NCBI RefSeq assembly: GCF_001194135.2
Contig: NC_068990.1
Coordinates: 95,602 to 159,601, forward strand
Direction: 5' to 3'
DNA from: Octopus bimaculoides
Taxonomy: Eukaryota
DNA: 64,000 nucleotides
The notes under the pieces were generated by a model that saw only the letters and a program-made list of their open reading frames with translations, had not been told where the DNA came from and made no database searches. The position numbers and the translations under genes were made by a program. Of the stretch, positions 1-12,639 are shown one piece after another; the first letter of the stretch is position 1; each line of letters starts with the position of its first letter.

Positions 1-198
1 GTTGCCTGTTTTATTTATTTTTTTTTTTTTTCAGGTTCTTGAAAATGAAATCCTGTTTTGGCAATTTTTAAAATATTTATGTAAAACCTATTTTGTTACA
101 TGTAACAAATAATCAATTTTGCAGTGTTTTCAAACCCAGCTAAATCCTAAAGTACAAGCCACGGGGATTTCAGTTTTGGCACATTTATACTAGGTATA

Positions 199-685
199 NN
201 NNNNNNNNNNNNNNNNNNNNNNNNNNNNNNNNNNNNNNNNNNNNNNNNNNNNNNNNNNNNNNNNNNNNNNNNNNNNNNNNNNNNNNNNNNNNNNNNNNNN
301 NNNNNNNNNNNNNNNNNNNNNNNNNNNNNNNNNNNNNNNNNNNNNNNNNNNNNNNNNNNNNNNNNNNNNNNNNNNNNNNNNNNNNNNNNNNNNNNNNNNN
401 NNNNNNNNNNNNNNNNNNNNNNNNNNNNNNNNNNNNNNNNNNNNNNNNNNNNNNNNNNNNNNNNNNNNNNNNNNNNNNNNNNNNNNNNNNNNNNNNNNNN
501 NNNNNNNNNNNNNNNNNNNNNNNNNNNNNNNNNNNNNNNNNNNNNNNNNNNNNNNNNNNNNNNNNNNNNNNNNNNNNNNNNNNNNNNNNNNNNNNNNNNN
601 NNNNNNNNNNNNNNNNNNNNNNNNNNNNNNNNNNNNNNNNNNNNNNNNNNNNNNNNNNNNNNNNNNNNNNNNNNNNNNNNNNNNN
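199..685. other. Assembly gap (N run)
   Basis: N run. Other gaps at 15083-15202, 18171-18260, 19404-19776 and 23708-24060, mostly bordered by microsatellites or retroelement tails. Confidence 0.99.
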
Positions 686-957
686 CTATCACAAATTATC
701 CAACTGTATTTAAAATTGGAAAAAAAACAATCCTCCATCACATGACTTTAATAGTCTACAAAATAATATTCATTGCACTAATTTTTAATGGTGAAATTTG
801 ACCAATATTTATCAAAGGAAAATGAAATTTACATGTACAAAAATATCCACAAGGTAAAAGTCAAACATTGCTCTCCACATGTTAAAACAGTAAGAGGAAA
901 TAAACAACATTCTCAATACGATGATTCCAAGCTAATTTTGGACTCTAGAAAACTTAC

Positions 958-1139
958 GTAACTCAATTAGGTGCATTTTTCCATAGAAATATATATTTAT
1001 TTTGTAATCTGGCTTATACTCAATATCTGAATTCTTGGATTTGTGTTCTGTTTGACCCCCTGCTGCACAGAAATACATCAAACTGACAAGTAATGCCAGT
1101 ACAGCACCCTCTTTATTGACTTTGTGTTTTTTCACTATA
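958..1139 (-). other. Candidate coding exon of an unidentified minus-strand gene
   Basis: On the minus strand CACAG acceptor ending at 1140 and GTAAGT donor at 957-952. Only one frame is open across 182 nt (IVKKHKVNKEGAVLALLVSLMYFCAAGGQ...IEL). Weak pyrimidine tract and no recognised homology. Confidence 0.2.
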
Positions 1140-1681
1140 CTGTGGTCAAATTTGGTAATGATAGTATTGAATTTGCAAGAAAGTTTTCTTCAATCTGATA
1201 TGAAAATCATGAAGGAAATATGTTCTTTTCTAGGTAAAAATTAATGATAAAATTTTCCCTTTTATATTTCGTAACAAATATTTGACCTCCCCACCATCAA
1301 TTTTATCTCAAAATAAAGCAAAAAATGTCCTCTTCCCGACTGTATGATTTTCGACACAAATTAAGATATAGCACTTCAGTGCATTGAACAAGAACAAGGG
1401 CTATCGTTCAGCAGTCATAAAAAAAAAAAGGATAAATTTTGTGAATGGATGGAAATACCAGGGTGATTGACGGACCCTAGCATGATATGTAAATGTCAGA
1501 TTTTGATCAAACCTATATAAGAAGAAAGTTCAAATGCAGAAATTTCAAATGATATAATTTTCCATGGAAAAATGTATTTTGGCATGAAAATGATCAATCA
1601 AAATGTGTGTTTTTGCATGGTAATGCTGTACTCTTCTCCCTTCTACAGTGCTCTATAGTGATATCTGATATCACTATAGAG

Positions 1682-1685
<4 letters not shown>

Positions 1686-1740
<55 letters not shown>
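1686..1740. repeat. (TA)n microsatellite
   Basis: Direct reading. Similar tracts at about 8380-8455, 23675-23707, 24250-24290, 27520-27560, 44185-44217, 52858-52902 and 57895-57933. Confidence 0.97.
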
Positions 1741-2363
1741 CAAAACAAGACACAAGAGTGTCTTTATAAGATATTTAGTTACACCCTCTTACACACATTT
1801 CATTAACAATGAAAAAATATTTGTTATATTAAGAAAATATTATAACCTGTTTGCATTCTCAATTCTTCAGAGACTGTGTAATTCTCATTAGCAATCTTTA
1901 GTAGTCATACTGAATTGCTAACAGTATCATAGAATTGACTACTGCAGCAGCTGTATAAAAGTAGGTTAATGTCTTAACTTTTATACTTAGAAGAAAGAGG
2001 AAAACAGTATTTATTGTCATTGTGTCTCTGAATAGAGTATATTTGTATTTAAAGTTAAGTTCTAGTGGTTAGCTTGATATCTCTGTGATTTATCTGTTAA
2101 ATGTATAAAATTTGATGATAATGCTAAATATTGCAATGAAGCATTGGAAAAAAAAATTGAATTCAATGATAAAATTAAGTACTTCCTTCTTGACTAGCAG
2201 GACCTGTGAATATTTCACAGAGTAAATAGTAAACCTATTGGGCTATTCCTGAAAACTTTATCCAAAAAGCCTGAAAGTGTAGCCGGTGTTGTGTCTGTAT
2301 CAAAAGACAGTAGCTCATCTGCTATTCATTGCAAAGTGAAAGAAATTAGAATATGATGATTAC

Positions 2364-2690
2364 TGTGGGGACGAGCCGGAAGAAGAGGGCCATGACATCT
2401 ATGATCAAAGGACTAACCAGAAGAGGAAACACAAGAAGGAGAGAGCGGGGAAAATAGGACAGTGTCGGCTGCTTCTTGCCCGCCAAGGCACCGTGAATGA
2501 ACGTCAAGGAATTCGCTTGCGAGTTGGTCAGATAGCAGCTGCTTATACTGGGTGACAGGGTAGGGCAGGATCACTTGAGTGACTACTACTAGACAGGTGA
2601 AGACAGGAGAAGAAGGTAGGCGAACCTCTTTTCATTTCTCACGCATGACAAGCTATCTCAGCAATTGTATACAGATGTTGTTGTCTCCTT
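2364..2690 (+). mobile_element. Probable LTR/5' leader of the LTR retrotransposon remnant
   Basis: Abrupt shift to GC/purine-rich sequence starting with TGT at 2364, directly upstream of gag. No second LTR or clear PBS found. Confidence 0.4.
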
Positions 2691-2698
2691 CATATAAG

Positions 2699-3745
2699 AT
2701 GGCAGTGAAGATAAGGCTTGACAGTAATGTCATCAGACCTTTCTATGGCGAAGGTGACATAGTAGCTTGGATTCGAAAGGTCAAAGTTGTGGCCAAGCTA
2801 TAAGGCATCGAAGATGTAGCGAGCCTCATGGCGCTGTATTTGGAGGGTAGTGTGTTGACACTGTATCTCGAAATAGATGATGAAGAACAACTGAGTGCTG
2901 TGAAGATCGAGCAGTGCTTGAGAGAGGCTTACACAGGTGGGGAGTATGCTGCTTTTGCTAAGCTGGGAATGATCAAATGGAGAGGGGGGACAGGTCAATG
3001 AATATGCTGTGGAGGTACAGAGGCTGATTGTGTTGTCTGGTCTCTCTGATGAGGGACTTGAGACAGTAACACGACTGGCCTTTGTGAATGGCTTTCCCGA
3101 TGACATGTCAGTGCGACTACAACAGTTGTCAGGTGGCAACAAAATGGCAATGAGTCAGCGCATCATTCAAGCCCACATGTTGACACAAAACACCAGGTGG
3201 AAGGCAGTGGTGATGGTGGCTGCAGAAGCCCGCAATGCTGCATGATGGCTGGTGAAGGATGAAATGGTGAATGACAGCAGCCGTTCACAGGCTGGTATTT
3301 TAAGTGCCAAGGACCACACATGGCGAGGGACTGCACGGAGACTGGACTGGTTTGTTACTGGTGCAAACAGACTGGGCATATCACCTGAAATTGTAGCCGT
3401 GGGGAAGATGGTGCCTCTCAGACTTCCCCCGCAAACAAGTAGAGTTGTTCGTGAAGTCACTGCCAGTAGTTGAGGTCGTGGTCAGGGGAAACATGTTGAA
3501 GGCCCTCATGGACAAGGGCTGCATGACGACTCTCATGACCCCAAGGGTGACAAAGAAATGGAAGGGGGTAAGTAGCATTCTGGTGGTCGACGGCAGCAGA
3601 ATCGAATGCAAGGGGAGTAGGGAGTAGTGATGTGGATATAGTGGTGCGAGGCACAACGCTAAGGCTGCGGGTGATTGTGATCGACCACGTAGTAGATGAG
3701 ATTGATGTGGTAATAGGGATGGACATGACCAACCAGCAAACTCAG
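2699..3745 (+). mobile_element. Degenerate LTR retrotransposon gag + aspartic protease (Ty3/Gypsy-like), truncated before RT
   Basis: MAVKIRLDSNVIRPFYGEGDIVAWIRKVKVVAKL*GIEDVASL... is gag-like. Zinc knuckles FKCQGPHMARDC (about 3299-3334) and CYWCKQTGHIT*NC (3353-3394). Protease-like ALMDKG (D at 3511) and DVVIGMD (about 3706-3726). Stops and frameshifts present. Confidence 0.8.
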
Positions 3746-3809
3746 ATCACTGGAACAAATATTGTAAGATATTTTCTGTGAAGCTATAACAACCCTACCA
3801 ATCTGTTTG

Positions 3810-4337
3810 TAGGCAATGACTTGTGACCAAAACCTTTGGTGACATGGTGTGCTTGAGGAGACCCATCAAGCCAAGTGAAATCATATCTGTGGTCGTTGCT
3901 GGTGTTATAGACCTGGCAACCATGCCAGTGGCATGTTAAAAGCCCCTTTCAAGCATTGGGCTTCACAGAGGCAATGTGACTAATACTAGTGTCATGTAAC
4001 TAGTAACCATGCCGGTGGCATGTAAAAAGTATCTTCTGTACACTGGGTCTCACAGAAGCAATGACAAATGGTGTGCTTGAGAAGAATAGCCATCAAGCCA
4101 AGTGAAATCATAATTGTGGCAGATTTTGGTGTCATGCAGACTGACGCCTGTACTGGTGGCATATAAAAGCACCCATTACACTCTCAGAGTGGTTGATGTT
4201 AGGAAAGGCATCCAGTTATAGAAACCATGCCAAATCAGACTGGAGTGTGGTGCAGCCACTTACCTTACCAGCCCTGGTCAAACTGCCCAACCCATGGCAG
4301 CATGGACAATGGACATTAAATGATGATGATGATGATT
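3810..4337 (+). mobile_element. RTE-type LINE 3' UTR/tail fragment with internal duplication
   Basis: Repeated block GTGCTTGAG(G/A)AGA..CATCAAGCCAAGTGAAATCA, then the conserved tail AAGCACCC..GAGTGGTTG..GGCATCCAG..CCAACCCATG..TTAAATGATGATGAT. Confidence 0.8.
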
Positions 4338-4344
4338 TCAAGAT

Positions 4345-5903
4345 TTCAACAGAGGGACCAGCTACTCGAATTTACTGTACCTTGGTAGATAAAGCAATTG
4401 GGGGTATGAAGACAAGGAAAGCCTCCGACCCATCAGGAATCACTGCTGAAATGCTTAAAATATCTGGCAGTATAATCTAGTCAACTAGGTGACACCTGAA
4501 AGAGTCATACCCAATGACTGGTATAGCAGCATCATAGTCAACTGCTACGAAGGTAAAGATAGCGTATTAGATAGGATTACAGAGGTATCAAAATATTGGA
4601 ACAGGTGATGAATGTCACAGAGAGGGTCATAGCCCAACTAATTAGGGAGAGAGTTAGTTTAGACAAGATGCAATTTAGGGAGAAGCACCACTGGTGCTAT
4701 ATTTCTAGTAAGATAGCTGCAGGAGAAATTCCCAGCGAAAAATAAACTTCTGTACTTGGCTTTCATTAACATGGAGAAAGCCTTTGACAGGGTCCCCTAA
4801 TCCCTTATCTGGTGGTCAATGCAGAAACTAGGGATGGATAAGTGGTTGGTGCGCAGTGGCGGCTTGTGTATAGGAACTGCAGAATCTACTATTTCCACTC
4901 GATATTATTGATAACATTCAATATAATGAGTCCTTTTTTCTTTAATTCTTTCTGTATACTTGTGCATCATACAATCCTTAATGTCAGTAACCATTCCCTA
5001 GTTTATGTAAAAATACAAAAATCCTTGTATAGAACTGTGCACTTCACAGTTCCAGTGATGTGGTGCTTGGCTGTTGTGTGCATCCTCAGAGTGAAAAGTA
5101 GACTGCATGATGCATGTCTGCAAACAGCCACACTACACAGCAGTGAAACATGGGCTTTGACTGCTGAGGACATGTGTAGGCTTGAAAGAAATGAAGGTAG
5201 TATGCTTCAATGTGCATACTCGACAGAGTGTAAGTGCTCTGAGAGAAAAGTTGGACAAAAGAAGAATCAGATGTGGTGTGCAAGAGAGACAACTGTATGA
5301 TCATGTGTTGCGTATGGATGAAGACAGCAGTGTTAAGAAGTGTCACATACTAACAGTGGAGGGAACCTGTGGAAGAGTTAGACCCAGGAAGACTTGGGAT
5401 GAGGTGGTGAAGCATGACCTTCGAACGTTGGGCCTCACAGAGGTAATGACAAGTGATTGAGACCTTTGGAGATATGCTGTGCTTGAGAAGACCCAGCAAG
5501 CCAAGTGAGATCACAGCTGTGCTCAATGTCAGTGTTGCATAACTGGCTTGTTTAAAAGTACTCTTCAATCGCTGGGCAATATGCTGTACTTGAGAAGACC
5601 TGTTGAGTCAAGTGAAACCGTAGTTGTGGCTGATGCCAGTGCCGCCTGACTGGCACCTGTGCTGGTGGCACATAAATAGTACCATTTGAGTGTGGTCAAT
5701 GCCTATGCTGCCTGACTGGCCCGTGGCATGTATAAAGCACCCACTACACTCTTGGAGTGGTTGGCGTTAGAAAGGGCATCCAGCTGTAGAAAGCTTGCCA
5801 GATCAGATTGGAGCCTGGTGCAGCCTGCTGGCTTGCCAGTCCTCAGTCAAACCATCCAACCCATTCCAGCATTGAAAGTAGACACTAAACAATGATGATG
5901 ATG
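4345..5903 (+). mobile_element. RTE-clade LINE remnant (RT N-part, C-terminus, 3' UTR); RT core missing
   Basis: KASDPSGITAEMLK, YRGIKILEQVM, LYLAFINMEKAFDRVP, then a jump to LHSSETWALT...GRVRPRKTWDEVVKHDL, then the conserved tail ending (GAT)n. Confidence 0.9.
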
Positions 5904-7612
5904 AAATAGAAGCTAATTTTGTGTGGTAGCTTATTGACCATATTTTCTTATATTATTCCATTGACAATATGCTTCTTTTTTTCATACTTGCATCAACTAG
6001 CATTTGCTATAGAAATTATTAAAGGAGGCAAAAACTTATATAACAAAACTATATTAGACATGGACACATCATGTCATGTTTCTGCTCACTGATAACATAA
6101 TATCCTACTCATATTTGAATCTCAACAAAAATTTCTTGAAAATGTGCATGGTGTTATGCCTAAGTTTATGGGGATTGCAAAATGCCCCAGGTGGGTGCTA
6201 CTGTCCAGGAGTAGGTGATGTTATGAGACAGAGATAAATCAATATTGTTTGATATATATAAGCTTTGCTAATTTATCATGCCGTTTTGGGAAATGGCTTA
6301 GAATGCTTGTGTGTACTACCATTTCAGAAGCAGTCCTGGTAAACATTTCTTTTAAAGATCTTGGCAATTTATAATCTATAGAGTCAAGCAGGAAAGTTGG
6401 CAAATATGGTAGAATCATTAGAATGCCAAGACAAATGCTTCATGTTATTTCTTCTGTCTCTTTACATCCAATATTCACTTCCTGTCTTCCATCCTTTTGA
6501 GATTAATCAAGTACCAGTCAAATATAGGGTTCAATGGTACTGACCAAGCATGGGCAACCTATTTTGGGGACACTGACATAAGGTGTGGTTATCAGGCAGG
6601 CTGCACCAAAAAAAATCAAGGCAATTTTTTGTTAGGCATGTCATTCAGAAACTCTCGCAGGATGCAGTTTGCCTACGACTGGTATCGACTAAGCCCTCTT
6701 ACCCCCAAAATAGAGCTTAAATCAGAAATTATCAATATCGCACAAGCTCCTTCCTCAATGGTTCACTTACTACTTAGTTTTGCATGTCATTCATAAGGCC
6801 ATTTATTAAAACATATTTCTTCAATCAGGAAAGACACAAATTAGGAAGCTGCTTATAGGAGAGACGTATAGCCAAGTAAACTGATTTCCGTACATTACTA
6901 ATACTTTAACGAACTCGAAAAGGTAACAGAAAACTGAATATAACGGGGCAGATCTAAATGCTGTTATGTCTTAAATTTCTGTTCTAAAATTTAAAAAAAA
7001 GCTTAATTCGTATTCCATCAAGATGTTGGTATTCATATTTTCACAAACATATTCAGTATGTAAACAGGCAGTATAAAGTTGACAAAAAAAAATTGCATAT
7101 ACTGTATGTGCGTCGGAAGAGACAATTAATGGTTGAACAGAGTCCAGCTGAGGATCAAACAATGGAGTTAGTCTCGTACCATATAAGGGCAAACATGCTT
7201 TTGCGCGGTCGCGATATAATGTTTTTTTACAAACCTTTTTATATTGTACTTATTTACTTCACAAGTCTATGTTATAACAAAATATTCAAATTCATTGAAA
7301 TATTAAAAAAAAATTATTTTATTTTATTTTCAAATACGACATCAGTTCCATTTTCATCAGCACTTTTCGTAGAGGCTATAAATGACTGGAGAGAAATTAC
7401 AGGACAAATCGGATATGAAACCAATTCAGTGCGAAACAAGAATGGCTAATTTGTTTTAAAATTTATAATAAAGTATATATAAATATTTTTTATTTTGTAT
7501 AAAGAATAAAATAAATTTAAGAAAAGATAAATGACTGAAAGGATTAAAAATTAAACGAAGCTAAAAGTGTATTTGGCTTTGCGTTTCGAGACTACTGTCG
7601 GTTCTCTCTATA

Positions 7613-7622
7613 GTGACGTCAC
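7613..7622. promoter_or_regulatory. CRE/ATF palindrome GTGACGTCAC
   Basis: Perfect 10-bp palindrome containing TGACGTCA inside the CpG-rich zone. Function not shown. Confidence 0.35.
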
Positions 7623-8376
7623 GAGTTCGGAAAGTGTAAGCTCGACTTATGCTGTGTGTAGCTTACGAAGTAATATCCAACCTTTTGAGGATAAGATTTA
7701 TTTGTAGAAAGGGTAATGCTTATTATAACCATTTTAATAGCATCATCATCAACACAACGATATATATATATATACACCGAGGCGATTTATTCATATAATA
7801 TATGTATATATCTATATCACTAAATCTACACCCTGACATGGCGTATGTAGTATTAGTAATAATGTCTAATAGAGAGAGGGAGAGGAAGATACAAGCTAAT
7901 GGAGTCGTCAGAGGGCAATGTGGCGTTCAAACATCCTATTAAAACTACTAGTCTCAAGCCTGACTGTTGTAGATGTAGATAAACCGGCATTCGATCTTGT
8001 CAACTCGTTTAGACCCCCAAACCAAGCACTGAAAGGAATGAAACGCACAAAAAGCCAAAATGTATCTACAATACATACATATGTGTACATATGTATGTGT
8101 CCTCGGCTTGATACCATATATATATATTTCTAACATGAAGCCAAAACTATCCAGATTAAATATTAGCCTTCGAATATATATATGTGTGTATGTATAAATG
8201 ATAGTTATACACATATAGCGCTGAGTGGTGCGCAACTTAGTCGATTATATGTATATATATATTTATATGTATATATCTATAACCCACTTTGTATATACAG
8301 TCATAGAATACATATACTATTAATGGCAAACAGGCAACAACCGGGCGAGGCAAATGGCTTGCATTCTTTGAGAATA

Positions 8377-8461
<85 letters not shown>

Positions 8462-8828
8462 TTAACATTCAGTTATATATAATATAAAGTGATACGTTTA
8501 AAACAACCAGTGATCTGCGATTTTATATATATATAATCAAAAACTACAGCGATGTACTTATCCTCACAATCATATATATATATACACACGTGTGTGTATG
8601 TTACGTTAGTATATATATATATATATATATATATACATGTGTACGTATAATCATGTTTTTTTTTTACATACTGCAATGTATATCCCACGCTGTAAATGAA
8701 TTATACATACATGTATACACATTTTAGCTGTATATATATATTTATATGATGTGTGTATATATATATATATATATATATCTATACATACACATAATTTACT
8801 ATTTCTCTGTTTTATCGGATCATCTTAG

Positions 8829-8910
8829 GGAGGACCTGTCTGCCCTTGTCGCAGTAGTACTTCTACCACAGCACTACACCATCACCACTTTATACAATAC
8901 ATCAACCAAG
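8829..8910 (+). other. Candidate short exon (possibly 5' UTR)
   Basis: TTTCTCTGTTTTATCGGATCATCTTAG acceptor and AAG|GTATGT donor; 82 nt. Confidence 0.25.
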
Positions 8911-9053
8911 GTATGTTTTGAAGACCAGCTATTTTACTGTAGCCATATTGTACAGGATCCAATTTGGTTCCCTTCCTTTCCACCCCCCACTCTTGCTCTA
9001 TCTCTTCTCTTGTGGTCTTTCTTTCTATCGATTTCTTATTTTCCGTTACCCCC

Positions 9054-9085
<32 letters not shown>

Positions 9086-12040
9086 GCCTTTCTCTTGGTA
9101 CGCTGGCGGAGTAGTAGGAGGAATAATAGAGATCAATATCATCTTCACCATAAATTCGTACATATACATAAATATATGTATATATAGACACCACCGAGAA
9201 AAATCTTCACGTATACATACATGTATATATAAAGATATAGACATATACAAACAAGATTTTTCATTTATCTTTATTATATTTTCTTCGTTTTACACACATC
9301 CATTACGAAGGCAACTCAGTTTCATGTATATACACACATGAACTCTTACATTCATAACAAAAATGTACATACTCGTTCTCTTTTTATACAGACACAACAC
9401 GATTTTGCTATCTTACGTTACTTAGGTAGCTTTAATCCATTGCTGTTGGTGGTCAGTAAATAGTATTAACATCCTGCTTTAAACATTTCATCATCATCAT
9501 CTCCGTTTTTCCCGACCTTTTTTTTTTCTACTCTTATATCGCTAACAATACCACTACCCCCATACGTAACCGAACCCCAAACATGGGAAGGACACCTTAC
9601 TTTGCTTCCTGATTGCAACATCGTTTGCTTTCTCTTCTCCGTTTGTGTTTGTGGGTAGATGATGATGGGTAGTTTTACCTCATGTTACACACACACACCC
9701 ATCTACTTGCATAATACATTTAATTGTATATACACCTTGGAGTATTTTTCGTGATTTTCTTGTCTAAGTAGACACCCTTGTTGACTACCCTTAAGTGTGG
9801 GCACTGCTTCTGCAGATTTGAAGGGTAATAAATCCCCGTCCAGGTGGAGTGGGTATTCTTCTTTATTTTGTGTTAAATTTATATATTTTTATCAAAATTG
9901 CCCTTTCACCTGGACTTTTAAACATCTTCGAGACAACTCGTTATGTTACATATATGTATGTGTATTCGTGCATATACATTTATGGGTGTGTTAGGTTTTT
10001 GTGTATTGTTGATGTGCATATAACCATTTTAGGGTGTCGGTAAATACATAAGGGTGTTTCCTCAATTCACCTCTAATTAAGGGTACCACACACCAACAAT
10101 GTAATTACACTGGAAACTAAAATTTTGCTGTTTTATTTTTTTTTGTTATCGGCAGAAATAATTATTATTTCTAATTCTAATGACAAATTTGCTTAATTTT
10201 ATGTGTAAATTACATAGAACAAAACACCATTACAATCAAATTAGAAATAACAATTTGCAATCCGGATCTGCATATGTAGAGAGGCCATTATTAATATTTG
10301 TTAATCAACCGTATATTTTGTCTTTAAAGTCTCTCTCTCTCTCTCTCTCTTCCCTAAATCAGACGCTCGCGAACATCTATACATACAGGTCTATGTATAT
10401 TTACATATTGTCCGCACCCTTTCATCTTGTCCTGGGAAGTTACTTTACGGATCTTCCTAACGGTGCCCTCTTTCTTGTAGAGAAACTTGTAATTGTTATC
10501 AACAACTTATGCTGTTTCCTTTCTCTCCCCCACACTTCCAGCACCACTACCATACAAGAACTTTAAAGCCTATTTTGGTTTTCATCCTTTTATTATCTCA
10601 TGATACTGTTAAAGTTTTTCTTTGTTTCTCACGTATGTAATTATTATTGTGTTGTTAACAGTAACTTTTTTTCTTTTTAATCAGAGGAGAAATAATTAAA
10701 AAAAAAACAAACCCTCACAAACTTACGATTACTCAATTTTCAGTTATCTACCCCGTGGTGGTTATTTAACCTTATTTTTGTGACGAAATCCCACCAAATT
10801 CGACTGGTAAAGAATTTACATACCGCACCGTACAACGAACACCGGTCGGATTCGTTACGTTGTTATTTTGTTGAAAAGTACATCTACATATGTGATCATG
10901 AGAGTGCTTCTATTAGACAAATTATAATGTACTTGTGAGCTTTGTGTGTGTATGTGCTTTGGTACCTAAAATCGTGTGGTACTATATATATATAAATTTA
11001 TAGAATCTCCTTTACCCCATATAAATATAATTATGTAGCGAGAAATTAATAATACAAGCGAAAATAATAATTACGAACGTTTAATTCTTAATGAGCGGAG
11101 TGTTTGATGTCACTGTTTTTGTGTGAGTGTTAAGACATTTAACATACAGAGAACGTGTTTCTGTTGTATATTTGTGTTTGTTCAAATATTGTTCTATGTA
11201 TGCAGAGAAACACGTGATATTAAAAATTAATCAAGTAATTGTTTATCTATAATTGAAATTGTGTTTAGTTGCATTTTAAAATTGACTTATACGCTCGTTC
11301 GTGTATATACATACATGTATAGTGTTTTTAATTCCCACGTGTGTATAATAAAACGAATGTAAAGCAAACTTCTTAATAAATCGTCCATTCCGTTGCATGT
11401 TTTTGAGTTTAAAATTAAAACCGGTTTTTTTCCTTATTAAAATGCTTCGTAATTGACGAATCTTTCATATATATTTTTGTAGGTAATAAAGAGAAGAAAG
11501 AAGATTGCCTTAATTCTATAAATTCACGTGTGTTGGTTTCCTCGTTCCCCCTTGACACTGCCTCGGCTTGAAAGTAAGTATTTCATATAAGGGCATCATT
11601 TCGATAAATATACATTTTTGCTCTTGTTTCCCCCCACCCCCATCAAAGTCATGTAGGTGTAATCAGTCTTCTGAGAAAGCTATTCTTTTCTGAACTTAGA
11701 CTTGGTACTTAATCTGAACATCAAGCATCTCAGTTGGGGATGTTTCCAATATATATTTTAGTTGTTATCCATTTCGTGTGTTATTTTCTCATGTTGGGTA
11801 CACTGTTTTTGAGTATCCGTTTTACCACTTCATCACGCCATACTACATTACTTAACACCTATTATTATACATACATAAGGTGTATTACTATTGTCATTTC
11901 CTGCATTGCTTGCAAATTTAATCTAAACGTCCTTTGTGTGCCTTATAATGTTGAGCATCTCCTGTTTGTATATCTGTGATTTACTTCTGCACCACCACTC
12001 TAGACGCTTCTCTTCATCATTATGTGTATAAACGCACATA

Positions 12041-12261
12041 TACGAGGGGGTGCTGAAAAGTTCCTTGCTTTAAGGGTGTCACGAAAAGCTTGGTCGGAGG
12101 CCCAACCTTCCGAGTTCTTCTACAGGGCTTAGAAAAACTAAAAGACCCCTGCAATAAGTGTGTGAATCTGAGAGGGAAACGTGTTGAATAAAATCATAAT
12201 TAACTGATCCTCCTGTAATTTCTTTTACCCAAAGCCAGGAACATTTTAGCACCCCTTCGTA
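12041..12261. mobile_element. Mariner-type MITE (about 217 bp) with TA duplication
   Basis: Left TACGAGGGGGTGCTGAAAAGTTCC; reverse complement of right end TACGAAGGGGTGCTAAAATGTTCC. No coding capacity. Confidence 0.85.
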
Positions 12262-12639
12262 CATTACACATGCACATATCTATGCACACGATGAACAACT
12301 AACTTATTTTTACACTATTCTATAAACATTTATATTCTTCAGGTAAAAGCAAAGTATATTAGCCATTTGTTGTCTAGATATCATCTTAATAAATTTTGTT
12401 CGGGTTACTGCAAGCACCAAAAGGAGATGCATTACTTAGTAAATTAACAAAGCACCTACTTCTTTCTCTCTACATATAATGGATTAACCAATAGTTGTTT
12501 AAACATTGACCCATTTATGTTTGCAGCAATAGTGTTTATATTTACAATGCTTGTATTAGACTCACTCCCAAAAGGGGCAACAATTTTAATATGTTTGAAT
12601 GAGAGTAAATTAAAACGAGAACAACTGATGTGATATGTC

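Larger units (their letters stand above)
6900..11600. promoter_or_regulatory. CpG-retaining zone, putative promoter/first-exon region
   Basis: CpG visibly frequent in unique sequence (8 CpG in 10801-10860), while most of 20-55 kb is CpG-poor. Contains a CRE palindrome and donor-like sites at 8911 and 11574. Boundaries approximate. Confidence 0.45.

Noticed and set aside
35-192. Plus-strand exon(s) after the strong acceptor at 34 or the acceptor at 124
   Set aside because: All frames from 35 hit stops, and the 125-192 segment has a weak donor next to a gap. No coherent model.
7570-7615. Minus-strand GAGA..TCTC-GAAACG hammerhead-like fragment
   Set aside because: Core reads CTATAGA (3 mismatches to CTGATGA) and no GUH follows. 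At most a very decayed relic.
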